This document shows, one piece after another, positions 31,524 through 40,126 of a DNA stretch of 64,000 bases. The notes under the pieces were generated by a model, which was given only the letters and a program-made list of their open reading frames with translations, was not told the origin of the DNA and did not search any database. The position numbers and the translations under genes were made by a program. Every line of letters starts with the position of its first letter. Within the stretch, counting starts at the first letter, position 1. Source of the stretch: an uncultured Trueperaceae bacterium (GTDB lineage: Bacteria; Deinococcota; Deinococci; Deinococcales; Trueperaceae); assembly GCA_963739805.1 (NCBI GenBank), contig CAVUBJ010000005.1, positions 21,163 to 85,162 on the forward strand. Reading direction: 5' to 3'.

Positions 31524-32477
31524 ATGACATTGTTGATCGTTGGCCTGGTCGTCGTCGTCGTCGGCCTGGCCGTGCTCGTTCAGGGGATCCAGGGGCAGCA
31601 GGGGAGCCTGCGCTCCCTCGGTGGTTTCGTCCTCGTGGCCGGGGTGCTGGTGGCGTTCGCGTCGCAGGCGTTCGTGGTGGTGCCGGCCGGCAACGTCGGG
31701 GTGGTGTTCAACACCTTCGGCGGCGTGCAGGATCGCGAGCTGGGGGAGGGGTTCCACGTCGTGCTCCCCTTCCTGCAGCAGGTCACGCTCTACGACGTCC
31801 GCCAGCAGGAGATCACGCTGGCGCGCGAGACCGGTGACCAGGTCACGGCGCGCTCCAGCGAGGGGCTGGAGATCACGGTCGACGTCACCATCCTCTACCA
31901 GGTCCGGCCGGAGGAGGCGGCCACCCTCCACCAGGACATCGGGCCGTCCTACGTCGAGGTGCGGCTCCGTCCGCAGGTCCGCAGCCAGGTGCGCGACGTC
32001 ATCTCCGGCTTCGCGGCGGCCGACCTCATCGCGACCCAGCGCGCCGAGGTGGCGGCGCAGATCGAGCAGCGGCTGTCGAGCGCGCTCACCAGCGACAACA
32101 TCAACGTCCTCACCGTGTTGCTGCGCGACGTCCGCATCCCCGAGGCGATCACCCAGGCGATCGAGGAGAAGCAGGCCGCCGAGCAGCAGGTACAGGTCGA
32201 GGAGAACCGCCGGCGTCAGGCCGAGATCGCCGCCCAGCGCAAGGTGATCGAGGCCGAGGGAGACCGCGACGCCGCCATCGCCCGCGCGGAGGGGGAATCG
32301 CAGGCGCTGAAGCTGCGCGGCGAGGCCCTGCGCGACAACCCCGCGGTCATCCAGCTCGAGGTGGCCCAGAAGCTCGCGCCCGGCGTGCAGACCGTGCTGC
32401 TGCCGAGCGACGGGAACTTCCTCATCGATATGCGCGGCTTCATGGGCGCTCCGGGCACGTCCGGCCCCACGCCCTGA
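31524..32477 (+). CDS. SPFH/Band 7 (prohibitin/HflC-like) membrane protein
   Basis: N-terminal TM helix, then SPFH domain (VVPAGNVGVVFNTFGGV...) and a C-terminal coiled coil. GGAGGT RBS. Confidence 0.85.
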   Translation: MTLLIVGLVVVVVGLAVLVQGIQGQQGSLRSLGGFVLVAGVLVAFASQAFVVVPAGNVGVVFNTFGGVQDRELGEGFHVVLPFLQQVTLYDVRQQEITLARETGDQVTARSSEGLEITVDVTILYQVRPEEAATLHQDIGPSYVEVRLRPQVRSQVRDVISGFAAADLIATQRAEVAAQIEQRLSSALTSDNINVLTVLLRDVRIPEAITQAIEEKQAAEQQVQVEENRRRQAEIAAQRKVIEAEGDRDAAIARAEGESQALKLRGEALRDNPAVIQLEVAQKLAPGVQTVLLPSDGNFLIDMRGFMGAPGTSGPTP

Positions 32478-32541
32478 GTGCGCCGCCCGTCCCCGGGTCG
32501 CGCGCCGGCGCGCGACCCGGGGACGGGCGGCCTCGCGGCTC

Positions 32542-33549
32542 TCACTCGAAACGCACGCCGCCGCCCGCCACCACCTCGCCGATCCGGTAGAGGGGCTCCC
32601 GCACCGCTCGGTGCGCGCGCTCCACGGCCCCGGGCGGGACCATCACCACGAAGCCGACGCCGAGGTTGAACACCCTGCGCATCTCCTCGGCCGCGATGCC
32701 GCCCGCCTCGGCCAGCAGGTCGAAGATGGGGGGCACCGGCCAGCTGCCGCCGTCCACCCGCACGCCCAGGCCCTCGGGCATCACGCGCGGGACGTTGCCC
32801 GGCAGGCCACCGCCCGTGACGTGCGCCATGCCGTGCACCACGCCCAGCTCCAGCAGCGCCCGCACGGGGTCCTGGAAGCTTCGGTGGGGCGCCAGGAGCG
32901 CCTCGCCGATGGTGGTGTCGCCGAACGGCTCGTGGTAGCGGCCGCCCAGGACCCGGCGCGCGAGGCTGAACCCGTTGGTCTGCAGCCCCCCCGAGGCGAG
33001 GGCCAGCACGGCGTCACCCTCGCGCACGGCGGAGCCGTCGATGATGTCCGCCTTGTCCACCAGCCCGACGACGCTCCCCACCACGTCGAGCTCGCCCGCC
33101 TGGTACACGCCGGGCATCTCGGCGGTCTCTCCGCCCAGTAGGGCCGTGCCGTTGGCGCGGCACGCCTCCGCGACGCCGGCGACCACCTCCGCGACGGCGC
33201 CTGGGTCGAGGCGGGCGCTGGCCACGTAGTCGAGGAAGAACAGCGGGCGGGCGCCCTGGACGAGGATGTCGTTGACGCAGTGGTTGACGAGATCGCGGCC
33301 GATGCCCTGCAGCCGACCCAGCGCCGTCGCCACCATGGTCTTGGTGCCGACGCCGTCGGTGGACGCCACCAGGACCGGCTCGCCCGGACCGCGCGGCAGC
33401 TCGAACAGGCCGCCGAAGGCACCCATGCCGCGCAGCACGCCCGGGGTGTAGGTGCTCGACACCAGCTCGCCGATGCGCCGCATGGTGTCGTCGGCGGCCC
33501 GCAGGTCGACACCCGCGCGCTCGTAGCCGTTGGAACGGTCGTCGCTCAT
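32542..33549 (-). CDS. purM: phosphoribosylformylglycinamidine cyclo-ligase (AIR synthetase)
   Basis: YERAGVDL, GGLFEL, VASTDGVGTK, LVNHCVNDILVQGARPLFFLDY. Confidence 0.95.
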   Translation of the reverse strand: MSDDRSNGYERAGVDLRAADDTMRRIGELVSSTYTPGVLRGMGAFGGLFELPRGPGEPVLVASTDGVGTKTMVATALGRLQGIGRDLVNHCVNDILVQGARPLFFLDYVASARLDPGAVAEVVAGVAEACRANGTALLGGETAEMPGVYQAGELDVVGSVVGLVDKADIIDGSAVREGDAVLALASGGLQTNGFSLARRVLGGRYHEPFGDTTIGEALLAPHRSFQDPVRALLELGVVHGMAHVTGGGLPGNVPRVMPEGLGVRVDGGSWPVPPIFDLLAEAGGIAAEEMRRVFNLGVGFVVMVPPGAVERAHRAVREPLYRIGEVVAGGGVRFE

Positions 33550-33613
33550 GGGGGCGATTCTACCGGCCCGGACCGATGCCGTCCGGGAGCCGGGCCGCCG
33601 ACCCCTCCGGTCG

Positions 33614-34411
33614 TCAGCCCGAGCCGCCGGCGCGCGTGCCGGCCGCCGCCGGAGCGCGACCCAGGGCGAGGGTCGCGTTCGCCACCAGGCCCGTGCCGGC
33701 GTCGAGCCGGGGCGCCGGCGCCCCGATACCGAAGCCCTGGACGTGACTGATGCCCAGCGTGGCGAGTGCGTCCAGGGCCACCGGATCCTCGATGCCCTCG
33801 GCGACGATCACGCCGAAGCGCTCCCGCGCGCGCTCGAGCAGCGCGAGGGCCGCGTCGTGTCGCTCCCTGCCGAGCAGCGCAGGGAGCAGATCGCGGTCGA
33901 GCTTCACGCCGTCGACGGGGGCTCCCGGGCGATACCGACTCGCCATGTCGTCGAAGGAAACGTCGTCCAGCACGATCATGCCGCACACCTCGCGGATCGC
34001 TTCGAGGGCGCGCCAGTAGCCACGGATGTCCGCGATGCGCTGCTCGGTGAGCTCGATCACCAGCCGCTCGCGCACCTGGGGCCGCAGGGCCGCGAGGGCC
34101 TGGACGGTGCCCGGGTGCACCAGCTGATCCGGACTGAGGTTGATGCTCAGGCGCGCGTTGGCGTGCCGCGACAGCGTCAGCGCGGCTTGCTGCACGGTGA
34201 AGGTGGTGAAGGCATGGCGCCTCGTGGGCCCCAACCAGTACGGCAGCACGGCCAGCGGGCCCAGGATGGTGCCGTCCGTAAGGTTCCAGCGCACCAACGC
34301 CTCGAACCACGTCCCCCCGGGCGCCGTCTCGTCGAGGGCCACGACGGGCTGGTATTGGAACCGCAGCTCCTGGAGCCGCGGCGCGCGCTTGTGGGGGGCA
34401 TCGATGGGCAT
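33614..34411 (-). CDS. stand-alone EAL domain protein (putative c-di-GMP phosphodiesterase)
   Basis: Sequence EALVRW (EAL), SINLSP (N), ELTE, LDDVSFDD, VKLD, AEGIED, HVQGFG. Catalytic residues appear intact. Start MPIDAPHKR. The 81-aa Pro-rich N-terminal extension of the track ORF was rejected. Confidence 0.75.
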   Translation of the reverse strand: MPIDAPHKRAPRLQELRFQYQPVVALDETAPGGTWFEALVRWNLTDGTILGPLAVLPYWLGPTRRHAFTTFTVQQAALTLSRHANARLSINLSPDQLVHPGTVQALAALRPQVRERLVIELTEQRIADIRGYWRALEAIREVCGMIVLDDVSFDDMASRYRPGAPVDGVKLDRDLLPALLGRERHDAALALLERARERFGVIVAEGIEDPVALDALATLGISHVQGFGIGAPAPRLDAGTGLVANATLALGRAPAAAGTRAGGSG

Positions 34412-34526
34412 GGGGACCGGGTGGAGGAGAGATCGAGAGTGATGCGCGGCCCCGACCGGTTGTGGCCGGGGCCCGCACGGTCCTAGGAGGGAGGCCGCGG
34501 CAACGCGGCGGAAGGATCGGTGCGGT

Positions 34527-34673
34527 TCAGCCGGGGTCGATGGTGTCGCCGGAGTGGGAGCCGCCGGCCAGGGCGGGTCCGGGCTGGGCGCTGAGGGCCA
34601 GCGGGGCGGCAACGGCACCGAACAGGGCGAGGGTGACGAGGGCGGTGCGGGCAATTCTCTTGAGCGTAGACAT
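34527..34673 (-). CDS. small secreted peptide precursor (48 aa; Sec signal peptide plus ~19-aa Gly/Pro-rich mature part)
   Basis: Not in the track (<60 aa). Sequence MSTLKRIARTALVTLALFGAVAAPLALSA|QPGPALAGGSHSGDTIDPG. A GAGGAGG RBS lies 6 nt upstream of the ATG. GC3-rich codons. It is immediately upstream of and co-directional with the EAL gene. Confidence 0.5.
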   Translation of the reverse strand: MSTLKRIARTALVTLALFGAVAAPLALSAQPGPALAGGSHSGDTIDPG

Positions 34674-34747
34674 GGTCAACCTCCTCGAGATGTCCGGAGC
34701 CTACCGGGGGGTATCTGCAATGGCTCTGTAACCGGTGGCGTCCGGCC

Positions 34748-34765
34748 GTTGCAGGCCGGTTGCAG
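34748..34765 (+). promoter_or_regulatory. two GTTGCAG heptamer direct repeats at 11-bp spacing, 11 nt upstream of a TAGGAT -10 box
   Basis: Sequence ccGTTGCAGgccgGTTGCAGcc in the divergent intergenic region; the architecture is typical of SARP/OmpR-type winged-helix binding sites. Confidence 0.45.
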
Positions 34766-34799
34766 CCCGCCTGCCCTAGGATTTGCCGGTAGGAGGACG

Positions 34800-34994
34800 A
34801 TGCCCATGACCAGACACGAAGCGCTCCGGCGCCTGGAGGGGACGTGGGCGTTCGAGGCGGTGCCGGGTGGCGTGCGCGTGGCAGACCCCGAACTGCTCGC
34901 GCTCATCGAGGACATCGAACGCGAACGTCACACTGCGACGCTGGTCGCGAGCCTCTCGGGCCGGCCCCTCGCGAGGGATCGCGCGAGCCCCTGA
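34800..34994 (+). CDS. small hypothetical protein (64 aa) upstream of the SARP-like regulator
   Basis: A GGAGGA RBS lies 4-5 nt upstream of the ATG. Sequence MPMTRHEALRRLEGTWAFEAVPGGVRVADPELLALIEDIERERHT... No family recognised. Confidence 0.45.
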   Translation: MPMTRHEALRRLEGTWAFEAVPGGVRVADPELLALIEDIERERHTATLVASLSGRPLARDRASP

Positions 34995-35078
34995 GCCCCA
35001 CCACCCACGGCCTGGCCGACGCCGGCGCCGAGCCGCTCGACGCCGGCGTTCAGGTGTGGCTCGTGGCGACGCCGGCAC

Positions 35079-37640
35079 GTGCCTTCGCGGCATCGGTCCG
35101 CCGCGCACCGCCTCGCCCGAGCGCCGTCGCCGGTATGCTGTGCCGTGTGGCTTGACCGGGTCGTCGACGCCGTCACCACGGACCCGGGGGCCGTGGCGCT
35201 GGTGGGCGGGGAGGCGTACGGAGCCCCCTTCGTCATCGATGCGTTGCGCCGGGGCCGCAGGGTCGCCTGGATGCACCTTCCCGAGCGCGTGCGCGACGAC
35301 CCGGTCGGTCAGGGAAACCTGCTCGCCGAGGCCGTCAACCGCGTCGCCACGGCGCCCCTGCTGAGTGAGGCGCTGCCCTACCGCTCCCATATCCAAACGC
35401 TGCGCCACTACCGGCACGAGCTCCAGCCCCTGTGGCTGGTGGTCTCCGGAGCGGCCCGCGCGCCGGCGCTGGCGCGTGACCTGCTCCCCCTGGCGGAGAT
35501 CGGCTACTCGGTGCTGCTCGACGTCGACGCGGACGACGGCCAGCTACCGCAGGCGCACGGCCGCCTCCGCGTGCTCGGCCCCGCGGTGCTGCGGCTGACC
35601 GCGGCGGAGGCCGGCGCCCTGGCGCCCGCCGGGCTCGACGCGGCGGCGCGCGACGCCCTCTACGCCGCCACCGGCGCGCGCTTCACCGACTTCGTGCGTG
35701 GCGCGCATCGTCGCCTGGGGCTCCCCGCCGTCTACCTGCCGTCGCCGGACGGCCCCCGCCTGGCGCGCGCCGATCAGGCCGTGGCCGACCCGCGATCCAC
35801 CGTCGAGGCGTTGCGGCGCCAGCAGCGCTGGGTCGAGGCGCTCGACCTGGCCGTGATGGAGGCGGCCGACCTCGTCGAGGGGCTGCTGCCGCGCGCCGGC
35901 CCGGCCCACCAGGAGGCGGGCATGCTGCCGCGGCTGCACCTACTGTTGAGCAGCCTGCCCGCCGCCTTCCTGTCGCAGGAGGCAACGCTGGAGTGGCGCC
36001 TGATGGCGGCCATCTCGGCCGACGACCTGGGGAGCGTCGCGCGCGACGTCGACGCCTACCTGGCGACCTATCGGGCGCCGGGCCTGCGGGCGCGCCGCGC
36101 CGGCACCCTCACGCAGCAGCAGGGCTTCCCGCTGGCGTGCGAGGCGGTCGAGGAGCAGCGCAGCCCGCTGACCCTATGGCAGTACGGGCGCCTGCATCCG
36201 GATCCCGATCGAGGCATCGCCCTGCTGCGCGAGAGCGTCGCGCTGGCCGAGGAGATGGGCTCGCGCTACGAGCTGGCCCGCAACGCCGGGGCGCTGGCCG
36301 CGCGGCTGCTGTACGTGGGCGATTTCAAGCAGGCCCGGGCCTGGGCGGAATGGGCGCTCCAGGTGTTCGACGCCGAGGGGCTGCGCGACGGTCGGCGGCG
36401 CCTCACCTTGTTCAACGATCTGGCCGCCAGCCGGATCCTCACGGGAGACCTCGCCGGTCTGCGCACGGCCCTCGAGGCCGCCGAGGCGTCGGTGGAGGGC
36501 GTCCTGCCGCCCATCGCCGGCTTCTTTCGCGCGACCCTGTCATGGCTCGAGCTCGTCAGCGGCCGGGCGGAGGCGGCCGAGCGCCTCGCGCGCTCGGCGT
36601 ACGAGGTGGCCCCGAGGGCGAGCAAGGCCTGGTTCGCCGTCGCCATGGTCCGTGCGCTGAACGAGCGCGGCCGTTCGGAGGAGGCGCTCCGGGTCGCGGA
36701 GGGCGCGGCCGCGCTCAGCGGCGAGGACCTGAGCTACCGCCGTCTGCCGGGCCTCCTCGCGCGCGGCATGGCGCGGGCGGTCGCCGGCCTCGATGGCGCC
36801 GAGGACGACCTGCTGGAGGTGATGACGGAACGCCGCGCGGCGGCGGCGGAGCAGCGCCTGGCGGCGGCGCTGCACTACCTGCTCGCCAGCGGCGGGGCCG
36901 CGCATCGCGTGCCGGAGGACCTGGCCGACATGATGGCCGACCTGCATCCGGCGGCCCTGAGGGTCCTGAGCGGCCCCGAGCGCGCATTCGCGGGGGTGTG
37001 GGCGACGCTCGGTGGAGCCCAGGCGCCCGTGCGCCTGCGCTTTCTCGGCGGTGCGCAGGCGTGGCTGCGTGGCGAGTCGGTGCCCCTGCCCCGTCGCCTG
37101 GCGGAGATCACGCTGGCCCTGGTACTCCACCCCGACGGCATCACGATGGAGGCGCTCCACGCCTTCCTGGTCGGTGACCTCGACGACGGACCCGTGGTGG
37201 CGACCCTCTACGCCCACATCAGGCGCCTGCGTGCCCTGCTACCGGTGAGCGGCCCACCGTATCGCTTGAGCGAGGCGTTCGACGCGGACCTGTTGCGCCT
37301 CTGGAGCCATCTCGAACGCAGCCAGGTGCGCGATGCCGTGGCGCTGTACCAGGGCGCGCTCCTGCCCGGCAGTGGCGCGCCCGGTGTACGCGAGCACGGG
37401 GCGCTGCTCGAGGAGCAACTGCGACAGGCCGCCATGGCGGCGGGCGACCCCGACGCGCTGTTCCAGCTCGCGGACGGCGCGGCCGACGACCTCGAGCTGT
37501 GGGAGGCCACCGAGGCCGCGCTGGCGCCCGGTGACCCGCGCCTGGCGCTGGCGCGAGCGCGCATCCGTCGGCTGGGCGAGGAGTACGGCGCCACGACCCC
37601 GGCCCGCGATAGTGGACCCGGCACGTGGTCTCCCCGGTAG
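35079..37640 (+). CDS. large transcriptional regulator with reversed SARP architecture: degenerate NTPase-like N-domain, helical-repeat middle, C-terminal OmpR-type winged helix plus BTAD
   Basis: C-terminus VRLRFLGGAQAWLRGESVPLPRRLAEITLALVLHPDG-ITMEALHAFLVGD...YAHIRRLRALL...PYRLSEAFDADLLRLW...ALYQGALLPG matches the SARP (AfsR/DnrI) DNA-binding plus BTAD pattern. The N-terminal VALVGGEAYGAP resembles a P-loop without the Lys. Start is uncertain (ATG 35079 or GTG 35145). Confidence 0.6.
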   Translation: MPSRHRSAAHRLARAPSPVCCAVWLDRVVDAVTTDPGAVALVGGEAYGAPFVIDALRRGRRVAWMHLPERVRDDPVGQGNLLAEAVNRVATAPLLSEALPYRSHIQTLRHYRHELQPLWLVVSGAARAPALARDLLPLAEIGYSVLLDVDADDGQLPQAHGRLRVLGPAVLRLTAAEAGALAPAGLDAAARDALYAATGARFTDFVRGAHRRLGLPAVYLPSPDGPRLARADQAVADPRSTVEALRRQQRWVEALDLAVMEAADLVEGLLPRAGPAHQEAGMLPRLHLLLSSLPAAFLSQEATLEWRLMAAISADDLGSVARDVDAYLATYRAPGLRARRAGTLTQQQGFPLACEAVEEQRSPLTLWQYGRLHPDPDRGIALLRESVALAEEMGSRYELARNAGALAARLLYVGDFKQARAWAEWALQVFDAEGLRDGRRRLTLFNDLAASRILTGDLAGLRTALEAAEASVEGVLPPIAGFFRATLSWLELVSGRAEAAERLARSAYEVAPRASKAWFAVAMVRALNERGRSEEALRVAEGAAALSGEDLSYRRLPGLLARGMARAVAGLDGAEDDLLEVMTERRAAAAEQRLAAALHYLLASGGAAHRVPEDLADMMADLHPAALRVLSGPERAFAGVWATLGGAQAPVRLRFLGGAQAWLRGESVPLPRRLAEITLALVLHPDGITMEALHAFLVGDLDDGPVVATLYAHIRRLRALLPVSGPPYRLSEAFDADLLRLWSHLERSQVRDAVALYQGALLPGSGAPGVREHGALLEEQLRQAAMAAGDPDALFQLADGAADDLELWEATEAALAPGDPRLALARARIRRLGEEYGATTPARDSGPGTWSPR

Positions 37641-37723
37641 CGCGCGGGCGCCGTCCCTCGTCCCGGCAGCGGGGCGCGCGCCACCCGACCCGCCCGGTTC
37701 GGGGGCCGCCTGTAGACTGACGT

Positions 37724-39979
37724 GTGCCCGTCGCGCTCGAGGTGCTCGTTCCCCTCCCGATCGAACCGCTGAGCTACCTGCCGCCGCTCGATCGTCCGCG
37801 GGGTCCGGTCGGCGCCCGGGTGGTGGTGCCTTGGCAGGGCGGCGTCCGCGTCGGCCTGGTGGTCGGCACGCGAGATGTTCCGGCGGGGCGTGGCCTCGAG
37901 CTGAAGGAGGCCGTCGACTGGCTCGATGCCGTTCCCTTCCTGACCCCCGACGCGGTCGCGGCCCTCAGGGGCATCGCGCGCCAGGCGGCCGCCCCGGCCG
38001 GCGTCGTTCTGGCGGGATTCGTGCCCGCCGGCTTCCAGCTGGAACTCCGCCACGAGATCCGTGCGCTGGACGCGGCCGGCGCGCTGGCGGCCGGCATCGC
38101 CGCCGACGCCTGGGTCGATGCGTCCGAGGTGGCCCTCGAGCGGCTCGAATGGCTGCGCACTCAGGGGTTGATCCACGAGCGCGTGGTGCGGCCGGTGCGC
38201 ACCGTCCGCGTGTTGGTGCCGCTGGCCCACGCCGACGGAGCGCTCGCGGGAGCGCGGCGGGCCAACCAACGCGATGCCCTGGAGCTGTTGTGGCGTGACG
38301 AGCGGGCCGACAGCGCGGCCGCGCTGTCGCGCGATGCCGACGTGCCCGACAGCGCCGTGCGGGCGCTGGTCGCCAAGGGCTACGCCGGCTACGCCGAGGT
38401 CGAGGCCCCGCCGCCGCCACTGCCGCGGCTGGCGGTGGCCGCGGAGCCCCCGCCCGCCGGCCTCCCGGCCGAGCCGCCCCCGGAGGGATCGGGCGCCGTG
38501 GTGGGGGGGTTGCGCCGCGATCGGCTGCGGAGCCTGCGCCCCCGCCTCGAGGCGGACCTGGAGGCCGGCCACGGCGTGCTCGTGCTGGTCCCCGAGCAGG
38601 GGTTGTTGGAGGAGACCTGCGCGGCCCTGGCGGGTCTGCCCCTCCAGCTGCTCTCGGGCGACAGCACCGACGAGCAGCGCGTGCGCCTGTACGAGGAGTT
38701 GCGCGATGGCGGGCCCGTGATCCTGGTGGGTTCCTACCTGGCGCTGCTGGCCCCGGTCCCGGCGCTGGGGCGCGTGGTGGTGCTGGAGGCAGGGAGCGGC
38801 AGCTACAAGCTCCTATCCGGAAGCCGTGCCTTCGTGCCCAACGCCGCCGCTATCCGAGCTCAGACGGCCGGCGCGGCGCTGACCCTGGCCGACGTCGTCG
38901 CGGGCCCCGAGCTGCTCGCGCGCGTGCCCGCGGACAGCCGCCTGTCGCTGCCCCTGCCGCGTCTGCGGCTCCACGTGGCCGACATGAACGGCAGCGCCAA
39001 TTGGCCGCTGCACCCGGACCTGGTGCGGGTGCTGCGGCAGGTGGAGGAGCGCGGGCGCCAGGCCGTGGTGCTCGCCCCGCGCCGCGGCTTCTCGGCGGCG
39101 CTGGGATGCCTCGACTGCGGCTGGCTGGCGCAGTGCCCCAACTGCGACCTGACGCTGCGCTACCACCAACAGGACGGCCGGTTGCGCTGCCACCAGTGCG
39201 GCTACGAGCAGGTCCCGCCCCAGGCCTGCCCGGCCTGCGGCGGGACCGACGTGGCCCCGTTGCGCGGCGCGGGCACGCAGTGGGTGGCGTCGCAGCTCGC
39301 GGGCATGGTGCCCGCGTTGCCGGTGCTGCGCGTCGACCGCGACCGCCGCGACGATCTGTCGGCGCTGATGGACGGCGCACCGGGGGTGGTCGTCGGGACC
39401 ACCGCCGCGTTGCGCCTGCCGCCGCTGCCGAACGTGTCGCTGCTCGCGCTCACCCTGTTCGACACCCACCTCGGCCTGGCGGACTTCCGTGCCGAGGAGG
39501 AGGCCCTGCGGTTGCTGCTCCAGCTCGCCGAGCTCGCGCCCGAGCGGCGGCCGCTCGTGGTGGTGCAGACCTACCAGGCGAGGCACAGCGTGCTGGAGGC
39601 GTTGCGTTCCGCCGACCCCGAGGTGGCCGTGGAGCTGTTGATCGGTCGCTGGTTGGAGCGCCGCCGCCGCTTCGCCTACCCGCCGTTCGCCGCGCTCGCC
39701 AAGCTCCAGCTCACCGCCAAGGATCGGGCCACCGCCTCGGCGGCCGCGGACGCCCTCGCAGGCGAGCTCCGGCGCCGCGGCGCGGCCGCGGAGGACGTGC
39801 TGGGGCCGGCGCCCGCACCGGTGGCGCGGGTGCGCGGCCGCTACGCCTATCAGGTGTTGCTGCGCGCCGAGGCCCTGGACGCCCTCGAGGAGCAGCTCGG
39901 TGGGCTCCCCACGCGCCTCGGCGGCGCGCGCCTGCGCGTCGACGTCGACCCGCGCGACGTGGGCGAGTTGCTGGAGTGA
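37724..39979 (+). CDS. priA: primosomal protein N' (PriA) lacking Walker A/B helicase motifs
   Basis: N-terminal 3' DNA-binding domain. Cys-rich zinc region CLDCGWLAQCPNCDLTLRYH...CHQCGYEQ...CPACGG. C-terminal domain ARVRGRYAYQVLLRAE. Where E. coli has GVTGSGKT and DEEH, this protein has RRDRLRSLRP and LEAG. GTG start 5 nt after a TGTAGACT extended -10. Confidence 0.85.
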   Translation: MPVALEVLVPLPIEPLSYLPPLDRPRGPVGARVVVPWQGGVRVGLVVGTRDVPAGRGLELKEAVDWLDAVPFLTPDAVAALRGIARQAAAPAGVVLAGFVPAGFQLELRHEIRALDAAGALAAGIAADAWVDASEVALERLEWLRTQGLIHERVVRPVRTVRVLVPLAHADGALAGARRANQRDALELLWRDERADSAAALSRDADVPDSAVRALVAKGYAGYAEVEAPPPPLPRLAVAAEPPPAGLPAEPPPEGSGAVVGGLRRDRLRSLRPRLEADLEAGHGVLVLVPEQGLLEETCAALAGLPLQLLSGDSTDEQRVRLYEELRDGGPVILVGSYLALLAPVPALGRVVVLEAGSGSYKLLSGSRAFVPNAAAIRAQTAGAALTLADVVAGPELLARVPADSRLSLPLPRLRLHVADMNGSANWPLHPDLVRVLRQVEERGRQAVVLAPRRGFSAALGCLDCGWLAQCPNCDLTLRYHQQDGRLRCHQCGYEQVPPQACPACGGTDVAPLRGAGTQWVASQLAGMVPALPVLRVDRDRRDDLSALMDGAPGVVVGTTAALRLPPLPNVSLLALTLFDTHLGLADFRAEEEALRLLLQLAELAPERRPLVVVQTYQARHSVLEALRSADPEVAVELLIGRWLERRRRFAYPPFAALAKLQLTAKDRATASAAADALAGELRRRGAAAEDVLGPAPAPVARVRGRYAYQVLLRAEALDALEEQLGGLPTRLGGARLRVDVDPRDVGELLE

Positions 39980-40126
39980 GGGGGCGCTCGCGCGCTCGAT
40001 CGCGCACGCCCGCCACGTGAGCGAGGGGGCCGCGGGGCATGCCGACGGAGGCGCCCCGCCGGGCCCGCGGCCGGCCGGCGGTTTTGCCTTTCTCACGGCC
40101 CGTGGCTATCATGGTGCGCGGACCCC

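Noticed and set aside
40000-40126. Looked for tmRNA (ssrA) next to smpB
   Set aside because: No tag-reading-frame or tRNA-like acceptor elements seen. Only a promoter for smpB.
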